Notes: a model not told the origin generated them from the letters alone. Positions 16,800-26,679 are shown, counted from the first letter of the stretch. The stretch: 64,000 bases of DNA from an uncultured Klebsiella sp. (GCA_964482795.1 CAYZZI010000013.1:805-64804), one strand, 5' to 3'. A program made the numbers and translations.

Positions 16800-17801
16800 T
16801 TATGCCATGGCTCGCAAGACGGGCAGTACCTCACGCCCCAGCACGGTAATCGCCTCGTGTGGATTGGGACCGAGCGGTGGTCCAAAACTAATATGTCGCG
16901 CACCAGCGGCAACCAGTGCCTCAAGGCGCGGGAGCAAATCGGCACCCGTACCAGTAATGCCGATGTTCAGCATTGCAGGAGTAACCATGGCGCAGGCGCG
17001 CGCCTCGTCGTGATCGTGCTGAATTGCATGATTAATTGGAATAAACTCGTCGCGCGACACACCGAGGTTGGCCAAGATGGTATCACTCAGCGCATGGCCG
17101 TAGTAGGCGATTTTTTGACGCAAGACAGCCTCAGCCGCTTGCGCATCATCACCCACCGATACCCAAATACAGGCAGCCATGTCAACGGCATCTGGGGTTC
17201 GCCCGGCGAGGGCTAACCCACGATCAACGTGCATGCGGACCTGGTGGTAATGTTCTGGTGGGAAGAGCAGGGGTAGACCACCATCGGCATATTGCCCGAT
17301 GGCCTCGAGCATTTTGGGGCTCATGGCACCCAGATATATCGGAATGGGTCGACTCGGCGTCCGTAGATATGCCTCAGCACTCCAGCTCCCGAGTTCACTC
17401 CCCTGGTGTGTCACACGTTCGCCTGCAAACAGCGCACGCAACACCTGCATACTTTCGATCATACGCGTCAACGGGCGCTGCTGTGGCATACCCACCCACC
17501 CCAAAAAGTCCCCGGCACCGGCACCGATACCCAACAACGCCCGCCCACCAGAGAGTTCATCAAGCGCGACCGCCTGCATGGCCATCTCAGCCGGATGCAT
17601 CGTGTAGGGATTTACGATACAGGTACCCAGATGAATGCGATTCGTGACAGTGGCACAACTTGCAAGGATTGGCCAGACCCCGTACAAAAATAAATCGTCA
17701 CTCACCCAGAACTGATCGAATCCTGCCAGCTCGGCTGCACGTGCCAATTCCATATACTCACGCACGGGGCGATCGTTATTAAATCGAATCGAAAAACGCA
17801 T
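16800..17801 (-). CDS. LLM-class F420/flavin-dependent oxidoreductase (methylene-H4MPT-reductase-like)
   Basis: MRFSIRFNNDRPVREYMELARAAELAGFDQFWVSDDLF...GRALLGIGAGAGDFLGW. Confidence 0.75.
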   Translation of the reverse strand: MRFSIRFNNDRPVREYMELARAAELAGFDQFWVSDDLFLYGVWPILASCATVTNRIHLGTCIVNPYTMHPAEMAMQAVALDELSGGRALLGIGAGAGDFLGWVGMPQQRPLTRMIESMQVLRALFAGERVTHQGSELGSWSAEAYLRTPSRPIPIYLGAMSPKMLEAIGQYADGGLPLLFPPEHYHQVRMHVDRGLALAGRTPDAVDMAACIWVSVGDDAQAAEAVLRQKIAYYGHALSDTILANLGVSRDEFIPINHAIQHDHDEARACAMVTPAMLNIGITGTGADLLPRLEALVAAGARHISFGPPLGPNPHEAITVLGREVLPVLRAMA

Positions 17802-17921
17802 AGAACCTCATCTTGCGCACATGATTGCATGTACGTATTGTGACACAAATTATCGCCTATCATATCACCGTGCACCCGTACTTGGCATCGGTCATCAACG
17901 CCCACATTCGTGCAAGTGTAT

Positions 17922-17951
17922 TTGACAAACCCCCAGCGAGCATGCTACTAT
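17922..17951 (+). promoter_or_regulatory. Promoter TTGACA-N18-TACTAT for tRNA-Val
   Basis: TTGACA lies at 17922-17927 and TACTAT at 17946-17951. The tRNA 5' end is at 17961. Confidence 0.55.
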
Positions 17952-17960
17952 TCTGCTTGC

Positions 17961-18037
17961 GGGCGATTAGCTCAGTTGGTTAGAGCGCAACGTTGACATC
18001 GTTGAGGTCGGTGGTTCGAATCCACTATCGCCCACCA
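17961..18037 (+). tRNA. tRNA-Val (anticodon GAC), CCA encoded
   Basis: GGGCGATTAGCTCAGTTGGTTAGAGCGCAACGTTGACATCGTTGAGGTCGGTGGTTCGAATCCACTATCGCCCACCA. The acceptor stem is GGGCGAT/ATCGCCC, the anticodon stem CAACG/CGTTG with loop TTGACAT, and the T-loop GGTTCGAATCC. Confidence 0.95.
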
Positions 18038-18096
18038 CTCCCCCCCTCCTACACCCAATCCAGTTGCCCATACACCAACACCATGTGAGGTCATCA

Positions 18097-18453
18097 GTGG
18101 TACGGATTATTCATGTGCTGTGGCTTACGCTGTGTTTGCGTTGTCCAGCCTGTCAACGTGGGCACATGTTCCGCAGTTTGTTTCGCATGAATGTGCGTTG
18201 CCCAGTATGCGGAGTCATTTTCGAACGCGATCACGGTGAAATCACCGGCGGAATGGCCATTAACACCGTAATGGTTCTGACTATTGCCATTGCAGGTGCC
18301 GTACTTTCCGTCGTCACGACATATCCCACGTGGCTCATTATTGGTGCCACGGCACTCATCATGACGATTGTGGGCATATTGTTCTATCGGCATGCACGTG
18401 CGATGTGGATTGGGATCGTGTATCTCACTGGTTCCATGTTTGAAGATATTTAG
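18097..18453 (+). CDS. DUF983-family small membrane protein with zinc-ribbon
   Basis: CPACQRGHMF...RCPVCGVIFERDHGE followed by two TM helices. The GTG at 18097 lies 6 nt after GAGG. The track ORF starts at TTG 18064. Confidence 0.6.
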   Translation: MVRIIHVLWLTLCLRCPACQRGHMFRSLFRMNVRCPVCGVIFERDHGEITGGMAINTVMVLTIAIAGAVLSVVTTYPTWLIIGATALIMTIVGILFYRHARAMWIGIVYLTGSMFEDI

Positions 18454-18461
18454 GACGCATC

Positions 18462-18938
18462 ATGCCATCATCATTTATGGATCGTCTCTTTGGGTTTGCC
18501 GCACACTTATTGTTTGAAAGACCCGGCCGCACGCTTGACTACGCCGCACATATCACCGATCTACGCGAGAGTGGTGACACGCTTGTGACACGATTCCGGA
18601 CTGCGCGCGACGATCAACACAACCGCACTCTGCTACGCCATATCATCGGGATTGAGCATTGGGCACAAGCGCGATTGCGTGAATTACTCGGCGCAGCGCC
18701 ATTCCGTGAGGAATACGACAAATATCAACCATCAGCCCAACTTACTGTCTCAGAATTAGCGCAAGTGTTGCAACAAACCCGACAGCAGAGTTGTGCCATC
18801 ACACAGCAGCTCGCTGATGCCCATGTCGACTTACAACAGCGCGTTACACACAACCAGTTTGGCCCATTGTCAGTCAGTGGGTGGTTGGTCTATATCCGTT
18901 CTCATGGCATGCTAGAGAGCAAAAAACTGCACAAATAA
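18462..18938 (+). CDS. DinB-like four-helix-bundle protein
   Basis: 158 aa with a His-containing helix pattern (LLRHIIGIEHWAQARL ... YIRSHGMLE), as in the DinB/YfiT family. Weak call. Confidence 0.4.
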   Translation: MPSSFMDRLFGFAAHLLFERPGRTLDYAAHITDLRESGDTLVTRFRTARDDQHNRTLLRHIIGIEHWAQARLRELLGAAPFREEYDKYQPSAQLTVSELAQVLQQTRQQSCAITQQLADAHVDLQQRVTHNQFGPLSVSGWLVYIRSHGMLESKKLHK

Positions 18939-19000
18939 CTGACAACTTATTGACACAAAATGAACAACAGAAAATAGTATTACAGATAATAGGTATTATC

Positions 19001-19030
19001 TTGACAGAAAGTATTATCAACGAGTAATAT
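19001..19030 (+). promoter_or_regulatory. Promoter TTGACA-N18-TAATAT upstream of rny
   Basis: TTGACA lies at 19001-19006 and TAATAT at 19025-19030, inside an AT-rich intergenic region. Confidence 0.5.
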
Positions 19031-19131
19031 AAGCAAACAGACTTTACATGCACAATTTTTGTGTGGGTAGTACCCGCGTCATTTGGTGCTACACTTATGC
19101 TGTTTATGATGTTGTTTATGGAGGCAAGCAA

Positions 19132-20664
19132 GTGGGGGATGTACTTTTACCAGTCCTCATGTTGCTCATCGGCGGTTCAATTGGCTTTGGAGTAGCGCTA
19201 TTCATATATAGAACGAGTACGCAAAACCAAATCAGTCGGCTAGAGGCTGAGTGGCAACTTAAAGTAGAGGCAATCAGGACTGAGCACAAAGAATTGCGCA
19301 TCCAGGCGTCAGATGAGGCGTTGCGGATTCGCAGTGAGGCAGAGGTCCAAATTCGTGAGGCACGTCAGACAATTCGTCAGCAGGAAGAGCGTCTCAATCG
19401 CAAAGAAGAGGTGCTTGATCGCAAAGTTGACGGTGTTGAGCGCCGTGAACGGCAAATTCAACAGCGTGAACGGGCCGTTGAGCAACACGCACTTGAGGCC
19501 GAGCAATTCAAGCAACAGCAGCGCCAAGAGCTCGAGCGTATTTCTGGGTTGAGTGAGGAGCAAGCTCGCGAGATCATCTTACAGCGTGTCGAAGTTGAGG
19601 CACGTGATGAGTCGGCACGGCGCATTCGCGAGATTGAGCGTGTCACCCAAGATGAAGCTGACAAGACGGCGCGCAAGATTATCAGCATGGCAATTCAACG
19701 CTGTGCCTCTGATTATGTGGCCGAAGTCACGGTATCAACGGTGCCATTGCCGTCTGAAGAGATCAAGGGACGCATTATTGGTCGTGAGGGGCGCAACATT
19801 CGCGCATTCGAGCAGATTACTGGTGTTGACATCATCGTCGACGATACACCAGATGCCGTGACGTTGTCATGTCACGATCCGGTACGCCGTGAGGTTGCAC
19901 GTCTTTCATTGGGCAAGTTGCTCAAGGATGGACGTATCCACCCGACGCGTATCGAAGAAGTCGTGGCCAAGACGCAACAAGAGCTCGATGTGGTCATGCG
20001 TGAAGAGGGCGAGCGCGTTGCCTATGAGGCGAACGTACAGGGGTTACACCCGGACCTCATCAAACTGCTTGGGCGCCTCAAGTTCCGTACCAGTTACGGG
20101 CAGAACGTGTTACAACACTCACTCGAGTGTGCCTTGTTGGCAGCCCACATGGCAGCCGAGTTGGGGGCAAATATCACAATTGCGAAGACAGCGGCGTTGT
20201 TGCACGACATCGGCAAAGCTGTTGACCACGAGGTTCAGGGGCCACACGCCGTTATTGGCGCAGATATAGCAAAGCGGTTGGGTCGGTCACCGGCCATTGT
20301 GCACGCGATTGCCGCGCACCACAATGACGAAGAACCACAGACCGTTGAGGCATTCTTGGTACAGGCGGTTGATGCGATATCGGGTGGTCGACCAGGTGCA
20401 CGGCGTGAGACGCTTGATTTGTACATCAAACGATTAGAAGCCCTCGAAGGTGTGGCAACATCGTTTGAAGGGGTGCAGCGAGCGTTTGCAGTGCAAGCAG
20501 GGCGTGAAGTACGAATTATGGTCATTCCTGAGGCAATCGACGATTTAGGGAGCATTCACCTTGCCCGTGATGTCGCCAAAAAAATCGAAGAGAGTTTGCA
20601 GTACCCAGGCCAAATCAAGGTTACCGTGATTCGTGAGACACGCACAACAGAGTATGCACGGTAG
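19132..20664 (+). CDS. rny: Ribonuclease Y
   Basis: The GTG at 19132 follows GGAGG. There is an N-terminal TM helix, a long Glu/Arg/Gln coiled coil, a KH motif [19 protein letters not shown], and an HD domain [12 protein letters not shown]...AHH. Confidence 0.9.
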   Translation: MGDVLLPVLMLLIGGSIGFGVALFIYRTSTQNQISRLEAEWQLKVEAIRTEHKELRIQASDEALRIRSEAEVQIREARQTIRQQEERLNRKEEVLDRKVDGVERRERQIQQRERAVEQHALEAEQFKQQQRQELERISGLSEEQAREIILQRVEVEARDESARRIREIERVTQDEADKTARKIISMAIQRCASDYVAEVTVSTVPLPSEEIKGRIIGREGRNIRAFEQITGVDIIVDDTPDAVTLSCHDPVRREVARLSLGKLLKDGRIHPTRIEEVVAKTQQELDVVMREEGERVAYEANVQGLHPDLIKLLGRLKFRTSYGQNVLQHSLECALLAAHMAAELGANITIAKTAALLHDIGKAVDHEVQGPHAVIGADIAKRLGRSPAIVHAIAAHHNDEEPQTVEAFLVQAVDAISGGRPGARRETLDLYIKRLEALEGVATSFEGVQRAFAVQAGREVRIMVIPEAIDDLGSIHLARDVAKKIEESLQYPGQIKVTVIRETRTTEYAR

Positions 20665-20784
20665 CACGCTTGGTGCGCCGGGCTCGTTAATTCAATACAC
20701 ATGGACGACGACGCATCTCGAACATCACCTTTTGGTCGTCTGTGTCACAGACCAAACACACATTGAAGTGAAGGGGTGTGTACT

Positions 20785-21111
20785 ATGGATTCACAGTATA
20801 CCAGTGATGTCCTGAGTGGCGGGGTAACAAATGATACGTCTACGCCCAAAGTCGAAATCTTGAAGGTCTCGACCCGGTCACGACCGAGTGCAGTGGCAGG
20901 AGCAATTGCCGGTGTCATTCGTGATCAGCGCAGTGCCGAGATTCAGACGATTGGGGCAGGTGCGACAAGCCAAGCCGTCAAGGCGATAGCGATTGCACAT
21001 AATTATCTTGCCGCAGAGCAAATTGAAATTGTGTGTGTACCTGCATTCATGGATGTTGTCATCGAAAACGAAGAACGGACGGCAATTCGCCTACTCGTCA
21101 CACGACGATAA
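20785..21111 (+). CDS. spoVS: SpoVS family protein with about 20-aa N-terminal extension
   Basis: EILKVSTRSRPSAVAGAIAGVIRDQRSAEIQTIGAGATSQAVKAIAIAHNYLA...RTAIRLLV. Confidence 0.85.
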   Translation: MDSQYTSDVLSGGVTNDTSTPKVEILKVSTRSRPSAVAGAIAGVIRDQRSAEIQTIGAGATSQAVKAIAIAHNYLAAEQIEIVCVPAFMDVVIENEERTAIRLLVTRR

Positions 21112-21129
21112 TGTGGATAGCACCGGAAG

Positions 21130-21177
21130 AGCACGCGCACGTCGGCAATAGTTGCCGGCGTGCGCGTGGTTCTTTGT
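21130..21177 (+). terminator. Terminator hairpin after spoVS
   Basis: The stem pairs 17 of 19 positions (one of them G-U, plus one G-G mismatch): AGCACGCGCACGTCGGCAA-tag-TTGCCGGCGTGCGCGTGGT, followed by TCTTTGT. Confidence 0.65.
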
Positions 21178-21213
21178 GCACACCCCGCATACATAAGGCT
21201 ATCTAATACGGTG

Positions 21214-21219
21214 TATAAT
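21214..21219 (+). promoter_or_regulatory. Perfect TATAAT box upstream of hydrogenase-like operon
   Basis: ggtgTATAATc lies 38 nt upstream of the GTG start at 21257. The -35 element is poor. Confidence 0.4.
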
Positions 21220-21256
21220 CACTGAGAAGCCAGTTTGTCAATGGGAGCATTGTGGC

Positions 21257-22330
21257 GTGAGTTATTCCCTGACACTTGGACCCTTTCACCCTGGGTGGCG
21301 CGGTCCACAACGCTACATCTTAGAACTTGACGGAGAGACCGTCACTGCGGTCGATTTGCATAGTGGCATGACCGAACGTGGTTGTGCCGATCGCATGCAA
21401 CGCCTATCTCTCGTCCAAAGCCTTCAATTCGTCCCGCGCATCTGTGGGAGTTGTAGTCATGCGCACATGCTAGCGTACTGCCGTGCCATTGAGCAGCTCA
21501 CCGCATTGACTGTGCCGATTCGTGCGCAGTATATTCGTATGATTGTCGCTGAACTTGAACGGATTGTCATGCACCTCGCAGGAGCTACCAACGTTTGTGC
21601 CATGCTCGGTGCGGATAACTACCATCATGCGCTCCACACACTCCATGTCGCCGCACACACGTTGTTGCGCGATTTCATCGGTCGTCCAAGTAATGACAAC
21701 ATCATCATGCCAGGCGGACTAGCGTTTGAGCCATCCAAGAGCGCATTTGTATCGCTCCAATCAGGTATCAACCAACTCCTTCAATCGCTCTATCGCACTA
21801 TTGATCATGTGATTGATGATCGGCGCCTACTGGCACGTACCGTGAATGTCGGCGTGTTGAGTCATCAGGCGGCAAGTCAACTTGAAGTAGGTGGGGTTAT
21901 CGGTCGCGCATCCGGGGTGAGCACGGATTTGCGTTTTGTTGCACCATACGAAGCATATGAACGTCTCGATGCCAACATGGTTGTCCAAGAGAGTGGCGAC
22001 GTATATGCCCGACTCATGCTGATGTTGCTTGAAGCGCATATGAGTGCAAAAATGGTTGAGCAGGCACAACGATTACTCAAATCCGGGCCCAGTGAAGGGT
22101 CATTACCGCTCCTTACACCAGGGGGTGCACAATCAAGTGTTGAGGGGCCGCGTGGCACAATCACCTACACACTGCGAAGCGATGGTGTCCGCATCACTGA
22201 ATGTGCCATACAGGTTCAACGTCAATTAGATCGCTTATTGACGCGTACGTTGTTGCTCAATGCACAACTTGACGACGTCGTGCCGATTATTGCCTCAACA
22301 GATACCTGTATCGCCTGTGCCGAAGGTTAA
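21257..22330 (+). CDS. NuoD / group-4 [NiFe]-hydrogenase large-subunit-like protein (EchE/MbhL-sized, 357 aa)
   Basis: The GTG start follows GGGAG. LGPFHPGWRGPQRYILELDGETVTAVDLHSG matches the NuoD/large-subunit N-terminus. RICGSCSHAH (C63, C66) and C-terminal DTCIACAEG match the L1 RxCGxCxxxH and L2 DPCxxCxxR metal-ligand motifs. Confidence 0.75.
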   Translation: MSYSLTLGPFHPGWRGPQRYILELDGETVTAVDLHSGMTERGCADRMQRLSLVQSLQFVPRICGSCSHAHMLAYCRAIEQLTALTVPIRAQYIRMIVAELERIVMHLAGATNVCAMLGADNYHHALHTLHVAAHTLLRDFIGRPSNDNIIMPGGLAFEPSKSAFVSLQSGINQLLQSLYRTIDHVIDDRRLLARTVNVGVLSHQAASQLEVGGVIGRASGVSTDLRFVAPYEAYERLDANMVVQESGDVYARLMLMLLEAHMSAKMVEQAQRLLKSGPSEGSLPLLTPGGAQSSVEGPRGTITYTLRSDGVRITECAIQVQRQLDRLLTRTLLLNAQLDDVVPIIASTDTCIACAEG

Positions 22331-22344
22331 GCAAGGGATTTTTT

Positions 22345-24102
22345 ATGTTATTTGTGGCACTTCTACTTCCATTATTTGCGGCCTTTACTGCATGGGCACT
22401 TGATCGTGTGGTGCCGACACGACACATCGGATATTTGGCCATCAGCGCATTGTTTGTGAGTGCCGTACTGATTATCATCGCCAATCCAATTATCGGCTTG
22501 CCCATTCAACTGCTGAATATTGAGTGGATCAAAATTGAAACCTACGTGGTACTACTGACGCTCCGGCTTGATTTATTCACCTGGGCGTTGTCAATTATGG
22601 TGCTCTTCATTGCCGTAGCCGGCATGATTGGCTTGATTTATTCACTGCCCTACCAACTGCGAAATTACGGCAGTCTTTTGGCGTTGATTCTCGTGCATGT
22701 ATCAATCATCTTGTTTGGGGTTATCGCACAAGAATCGGTATTGCGCATATTTATGTGGGGTATTGCCGCAATCATCGGTGGCATTTTGATGCGGGTGAGT
22801 GGTGCGCTCCCCGGTAGTAATGCGCCACTTGTCAGTATTGTGGGGGGGTTAAGCGGCGCTATTATGTTGATGGTCGCCGTGTTATGGCGCAATTATTTGC
22901 CGGTCGGCGCGCTACCGGGCGCACTGGTGATGGCATGGAGTTTTGCGGCGTTGCTCGGGATGGGGCTCGTGCCGTTTCATAGTTATGTAGCCGGTCTCAG
23001 CAGTGCACCAGCGATTCTGACGCTCTTCTTGGTTCCGCTAGGCATTCCACTACTTGGTGCGCTCAGCTTCGTTGAGATGATGGCCACACAGGGGCCACTT
23101 GTGAGTGATACATGGCGCAACATACTCATGGTACTGGCGATTATCAGTGCGGTTGGGACAGCGGTGGGCGCGGTGAGTGCAACCCGGCTGCGGTCGCTGT
23201 TAGGGTGGCATGCGAGCAATCAATATTCACTGATTATTTTGGCAGCAGTCAGCGATACGCAAGTCATGGTGTTGGGCGTGCCGATTTTGTTGTTGAGTAG
23301 CATGTTAACGACCAGTGTTATCGCTTTGGCTGTTGGTTTCATCGAGTCAAGCAGTAACAGCGACGAACTGACGCAACTGCGTCCACGCCTGCCGATTGGC
23401 GTAGCTGGTGTGATGATTTTGGTAGCGGTGGCCGCATCAATTGGCATCCCAGGTACCGTCGGTTTTGTGGCGCGCTGGTGGATGGCCGAGATTCTCCTCG
23501 TCCGTGCCCCATGGACCATTATCGCCATGTTGGTAAGTGGGTCATTACTTGGCCTGGCGTGGTCCGTGGCCTTGGCTAGTATTTGGCGGCGCATGCCACG
23601 GAGTATGACCGCCACCGGCATGCTCAAATCTGCGATTCCTATATGGGGCACCTGGATTGGGCCAATCGCATTCGGGGGCATCCTATTGCTATTTGGCATC
23701 TTCCCACAATATGTGTGGTCAGCGTGGCTAGTGCCACTGCAAGGACGGTTGAGTGGTGATGCAGCGTTAATTGTGCCGAGTATGCCGTCGCTGTTTCAAC
23801 AGCTTGGATTAGTCGTCATGGCGTTGGCAATTCTCGTTATTCCGATGATTGCGGGGCGCCTCCAACAAAAAGCTAGTGTCGGCGCCGATCAAGGTGCAGT
23901 GACCATTCCACCACAAGCCACCGCAGAAAGCCTCGGTGTGTTTATGAACATGGTGCAGGCCAACTGGTTATTAAACAGTCTATGGGGATTTTTGATTCGC
24001 TTTGGGAATGCGTTGCAGTGGATCTTTCGTCTCGGTGAGGATCGCTACTACGTGGCCGGGGTGGTTCTCGGGTTTATTTTGGTGGTATTGCTGCTTATCT
24101 AA
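22345..24102 (+). CDS. Antiporter-like membrane subunit (NuoL/NuoM/Mrp type), divergent
   Basis: 585 aa and polytopic. LVPFHSYVAGLSSAP is close to PFHxWLPxA. LRSLLGWHASNQYS is close to KRLLAYSSxxQ. GIPGTVGFVARWW is close to GxPPxxGFxxK. Confidence 0.6.
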   Translation: MLFVALLLPLFAAFTAWALDRVVPTRHIGYLAISALFVSAVLIIIANPIIGLPIQLLNIEWIKIETYVVLLTLRLDLFTWALSIMVLFIAVAGMIGLIYSLPYQLRNYGSLLALILVHVSIILFGVIAQESVLRIFMWGIAAIIGGILMRVSGALPGSNAPLVSIVGGLSGAIMLMVAVLWRNYLPVGALPGALVMAWSFAALLGMGLVPFHSYVAGLSSAPAILTLFLVPLGIPLLGALSFVEMMATQGPLVSDTWRNILMVLAIISAVGTAVGAVSATRLRSLLGWHASNQYSLIILAAVSDTQVMVLGVPILLLSSMLTTSVIALAVGFIESSSNSDELTQLRPRLPIGVAGVMILVAVAASIGIPGTVGFVARWWMAEILLVRAPWTIIAMLVSGSLLGLAWSVALASIWRRMPRSMTATGMLKSAIPIWGTWIGPIAFGGILLLFGIFPQYVWSAWLVPLQGRLSGDAALIVPSMPSLFQQLGLVVMALAILVIPMIAGRLQQKASVGADQGAVTIPPQATAESLGVFMNMVQANWLLNSLWGFLIRFGNALQWIFRLGEDRYYVAGVVLGFILVVLLLI

Positions 24103-24113
24103 GAGGTCTGTGT

Positions 24114-24836
24114 ATGGGTGAATTTTTGGGTGTCTACTGGCCATTAATTGGGATTTCGGTGTCAGCGGCAATCATTTTGATGGCACAGCAACGGCGCACG
24201 ACCCTCATCAGCCTACTCTTCAACTACTTGTTTGTGGCGGCTTTTTTGTCACAACAACAATTCATCAAACCAGATCTTGATTTGTTCGGCATCATGGTAA
24301 GCACCACGGTACTGGTCAAGATTATCGCCGGGTTATCGGCTGTGACAATTTTGGCGATTACGGCGCTGACCTTTTCACGCGATTACGAGGCAAGCGCGCT
24401 TGATGAATTTTCGTTGGCGGAGTTGCGTCGCGCAGCGCGTCAGGCGCGCCGACTCGAAATTGTCTCACCACGGCGCTTTGCGGATGTTGTGGTGCCGATG
24501 TGGGCGATGGTGCTCGTAGCCATTGCAAGTTTTATTTTGCCACGACTCTATCCGATCGGCAGTGAAGAGGTTGATTTTGCGTGGTACTGGTTGACATTGA
24601 CTGGATTCTTTACTATTGTAACAGCGAGTGATGTACTCAAACTCGGGCTCGGGTTATTGTTATGTGTCAGTAGTATTGACTTACTCTATACGGCAATTGC
24701 CAGCACCGTGCAAGTATTTCCATTAGCGTTGTTAGGGTTAACCACAATTGTGCTGTCGCTCGCAGTGTCGTATTTGAGCGGTCTGATGTTTGGGCGACTC
24801 AAGACACTCGAATTAAATGAATTGTATAAACGCTGA
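24114..24836 (+). CDS. Hypothetical membrane protein, possibly NuoJ-like N-half plus NuoK/MrpC-like C-half
   Basis: 240 aa with about 6 TM segments and a charged central loop (ELRRAARQARRLE). The C-terminal LLLCVSSIDLLYTAIAS resembles the NuoK xIELMLNA helix. The family call is tentative. Confidence 0.35.
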   Translation: MGEFLGVYWPLIGISVSAAIILMAQQRRTTLISLLFNYLFVAAFLSQQQFIKPDLDLFGIMVSTTVLVKIIAGLSAVTILAITALTFSRDYEASALDEFSLAELRRAARQARRLEIVSPRRFADVVVPMWAMVLVAIASFILPRLYPIGSEEVDFAWYWLTLTGFFTIVTASDVLKLGLGLLLCVSSIDLLYTAIASTVQVFPLALLGLTTIVLSLAVSYLSGLMFGRLKTLELNELYKR

Positions 24837-26296
24837 TGCTCTACCTACTGACAATTTCGTTTCCAATTGCCATGGCAGCGGGATTATTCTTGCTCCGGGC
24901 ACGACAAATACCTGCAATTACCGGTGCCATCTTGACCGTATTGGTGCAGATGCTCTTGGTTATTCAGTTGCCGGTTGATGCACCCGTTCGACTGCTTGGG
25001 TTAACACTTGCGATTGATCCGCTTGGTCGGCTCATCATGTTGACTATTTTGGGCATTGCATTATTTGCCTACACGGTGAACTTTTTTATTGCACACGGTG
25101 AGCACTTTATCCCGATTAGTTTGCTCTTACTTGGCTTCACCCATACGACCATCATCTTGATGCAAGAGCCATTTGTGGCGACGTTGTTGTTAGTCAGCAG
25201 TGGCTTTTTGGCCATCTTAGCGATTGTAGACCTGCCAATTGGCAGTAGTGTCTTGGTTGAACGATCGCCGCTGATTACTGCCTTGCACTATTTGGTTCTC
25301 GTCTTGTTATCTGGGTTTGCCATGTATATGGCGTATGTCCTGCTCACCATCTACTGGCCGACCGAACAATCAAGTCAATCCTCGCCAGCACAGTTGATTA
25401 TGTCGCTCATCATCGTAGGGTTTGGCATGCGTCTTGCCATCTTCCCTTTTCATTCATGGCTTGTCGAACTTGCTGAATACACGACGCCGATGGTCACCGT
25501 CATCGTCATCACGGCACTGAACAGCACAAGTCTGCTCTTCTTGATTAGTACGTTCCAATTCTTCCCGATTATCGTCGCCGAAAACGCTCGTGGCATGCAG
25601 GTCTTGATGTTTTTGGGGGCGATCACCATGATCGTGGCAGCGTTGTTTGGGCTTGCCACAGCGCATTTACGCCGCACGCCAAGCTATCTCGTGGTTGCAA
25701 ACAGTGGATTCATGGTGTTTGGGGTGGCCAGTGCCACGAGTAACGGGTTGGCAGGTTCTATTCTTGACCTGTTTAACCACATGATTGCTGTACTGGTCAT
25801 TTATGTGTCAATTGCGCTCCTTGAGCGCCCTGATGGACGTCCGGTGGTCACACTTCGTAGCGATTTGTTATGGCGTTGGCCGTTAGCAGGGAGTGGATTC
25901 ATTGGTGGATGCTTGCTCTTGCTGGGTGCTCCACCGTTTAGTTCGTTCACCAGTAAACTGCTCGTCTACAACGCCGCCGCCGAGTCGGGAGCACATTTTG
26001 TGGTGCTCCTGGGTATCGGGAGTTTGTTGATGCTTGCCGCTGTTGCGCGGTTGCTCTACGAACGCTTGCTTGGTGCGGCCGAAGAGTTGCCGACCGAGCA
26101 AATGCCCATTTTGCTGGCAACCCAAGAGATGTCACGACAAAGCGATCGAAAGCTCATTGGAGAGCCAGTGGGACTCAGCATTGTGATCTTTTTGTTGTTG
26201 GGCGTCAGTGCCGTCATCGGTCTCTACCCACAACTAATCTTGGTCACCATTGAAGATGTCATTCGTGGTTTAACGTTTGTACGCGTCACATCGTAG
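24836..26296 (+). CDS. Antiporter-like membrane subunit (NuoN/NuoM/MrpD type)
   Basis: The start overlaps the upstream stop (TGATG). FPFHSWLVELAEYTTPMVTVIV, LRRTPSYLVVANSGFMVFG and LLGAPPFSSFTSKLLVY match the Proton_antipo_M signature regions. Confidence 0.7.
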   Translation: MLYLLTISFPIAMAAGLFLLRARQIPAITGAILTVLVQMLLVIQLPVDAPVRLLGLTLAIDPLGRLIMLTILGIALFAYTVNFFIAHGEHFIPISLLLLGFTHTTIILMQEPFVATLLLVSSGFLAILAIVDLPIGSSVLVERSPLITALHYLVLVLLSGFAMYMAYVLLTIYWPTEQSSQSSPAQLIMSLIIVGFGMRLAIFPFHSWLVELAEYTTPMVTVIVITALNSTSLLFLISTFQFFPIIVAENARGMQVLMFLGAITMIVAALFGLATAHLRRTPSYLVVANSGFMVFGVASATSNGLAGSILDLFNHMIAVLVIYVSIALLERPDGRPVVTLRSDLLWRWPLAGSGFIGGCLLLLGAPPFSSFTSKLLVYNAAAESGAHFVVLLGIGSLLMLAAVARLLYERLLGAAEELPTEQMPILLATQEMSRQSDRKLIGEPVGLSIVIFLLLGVSAVIGLYPQLILVTIEDVIRGLTFVRVTS

Positions 26297-26313
26297 ATGC
26301 AGAGGAGACACCC

Positions 26314-26679
26314 ATGACCGTGCGCGTCTTTCATGCAAATAGTGGTTCATGCGGCGGGTGTGACAACGAAATCAGGCTTGCACTCTATCGACAGCCGCGC
26401 ATTGAGATGGTCATCACGCCGGCTGATGCCGATGTCTGGTTAATCACGGGTATTCTCAACACATTTATCCGCAATTATCTGACACAGGTGTTGTTGAGCA
26501 CGCCGCAACGTCCATACATCATTGCCACCGGACTCTGTGCCGTCAACGGGCAACCATTTGGACGTGGTGGTCTTGCTGATGCGCCTGAAATCCCGGTGAG
26601 TTTGCGCTTACTCGGTTGTCCGGTACGCCCGGATGACATCATCAGCGCAATTTATAATGCGCGTAGTATTCGGAACTGA
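26314..26679 (+). CDS. NuoB / group-4 hydrogenase small-subunit-like [4Fe-4S] protein, minimal (121 aa)
   Basis: NSGSCGGCDNEI (compare GSCNGCDIE of HycG/EchC/MbhJ), DADVWLITG, IIATGLCAVNGQPF and LGCPVRPDDI. All four cluster Cys positions are present. Confidence 0.75.
   Translation: MTVRVFHANSGSCGGCDNEIRLALYRQPRIEMVITPADADVWLITGILNTFIRNYLTQVLLSTPQRPYIIATGLCAVNGQPFGRGGLADAPEIPVSLRLLGCPVRPDDIISAIYNARSIRN

Noticed and set aside
17961-18500. tRNA-Val as an integration hotspot for a genomic island or prophage.
   Set aside because: No integrase, no direct repeat of the tRNA 3' end and no phage-like genes follow. The downstream genes are small housekeeping-type proteins and rny.
20785-21111. SpoVS as a possible first gene or regulator of the hydrogenase-like operon.
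   Set aside because: A strong hairpin followed by a T-rich stretch (21130-21177), together with a separate TATAAT box, separates it from the operon. SpoVS homologs are widespread as stand-alone genes.
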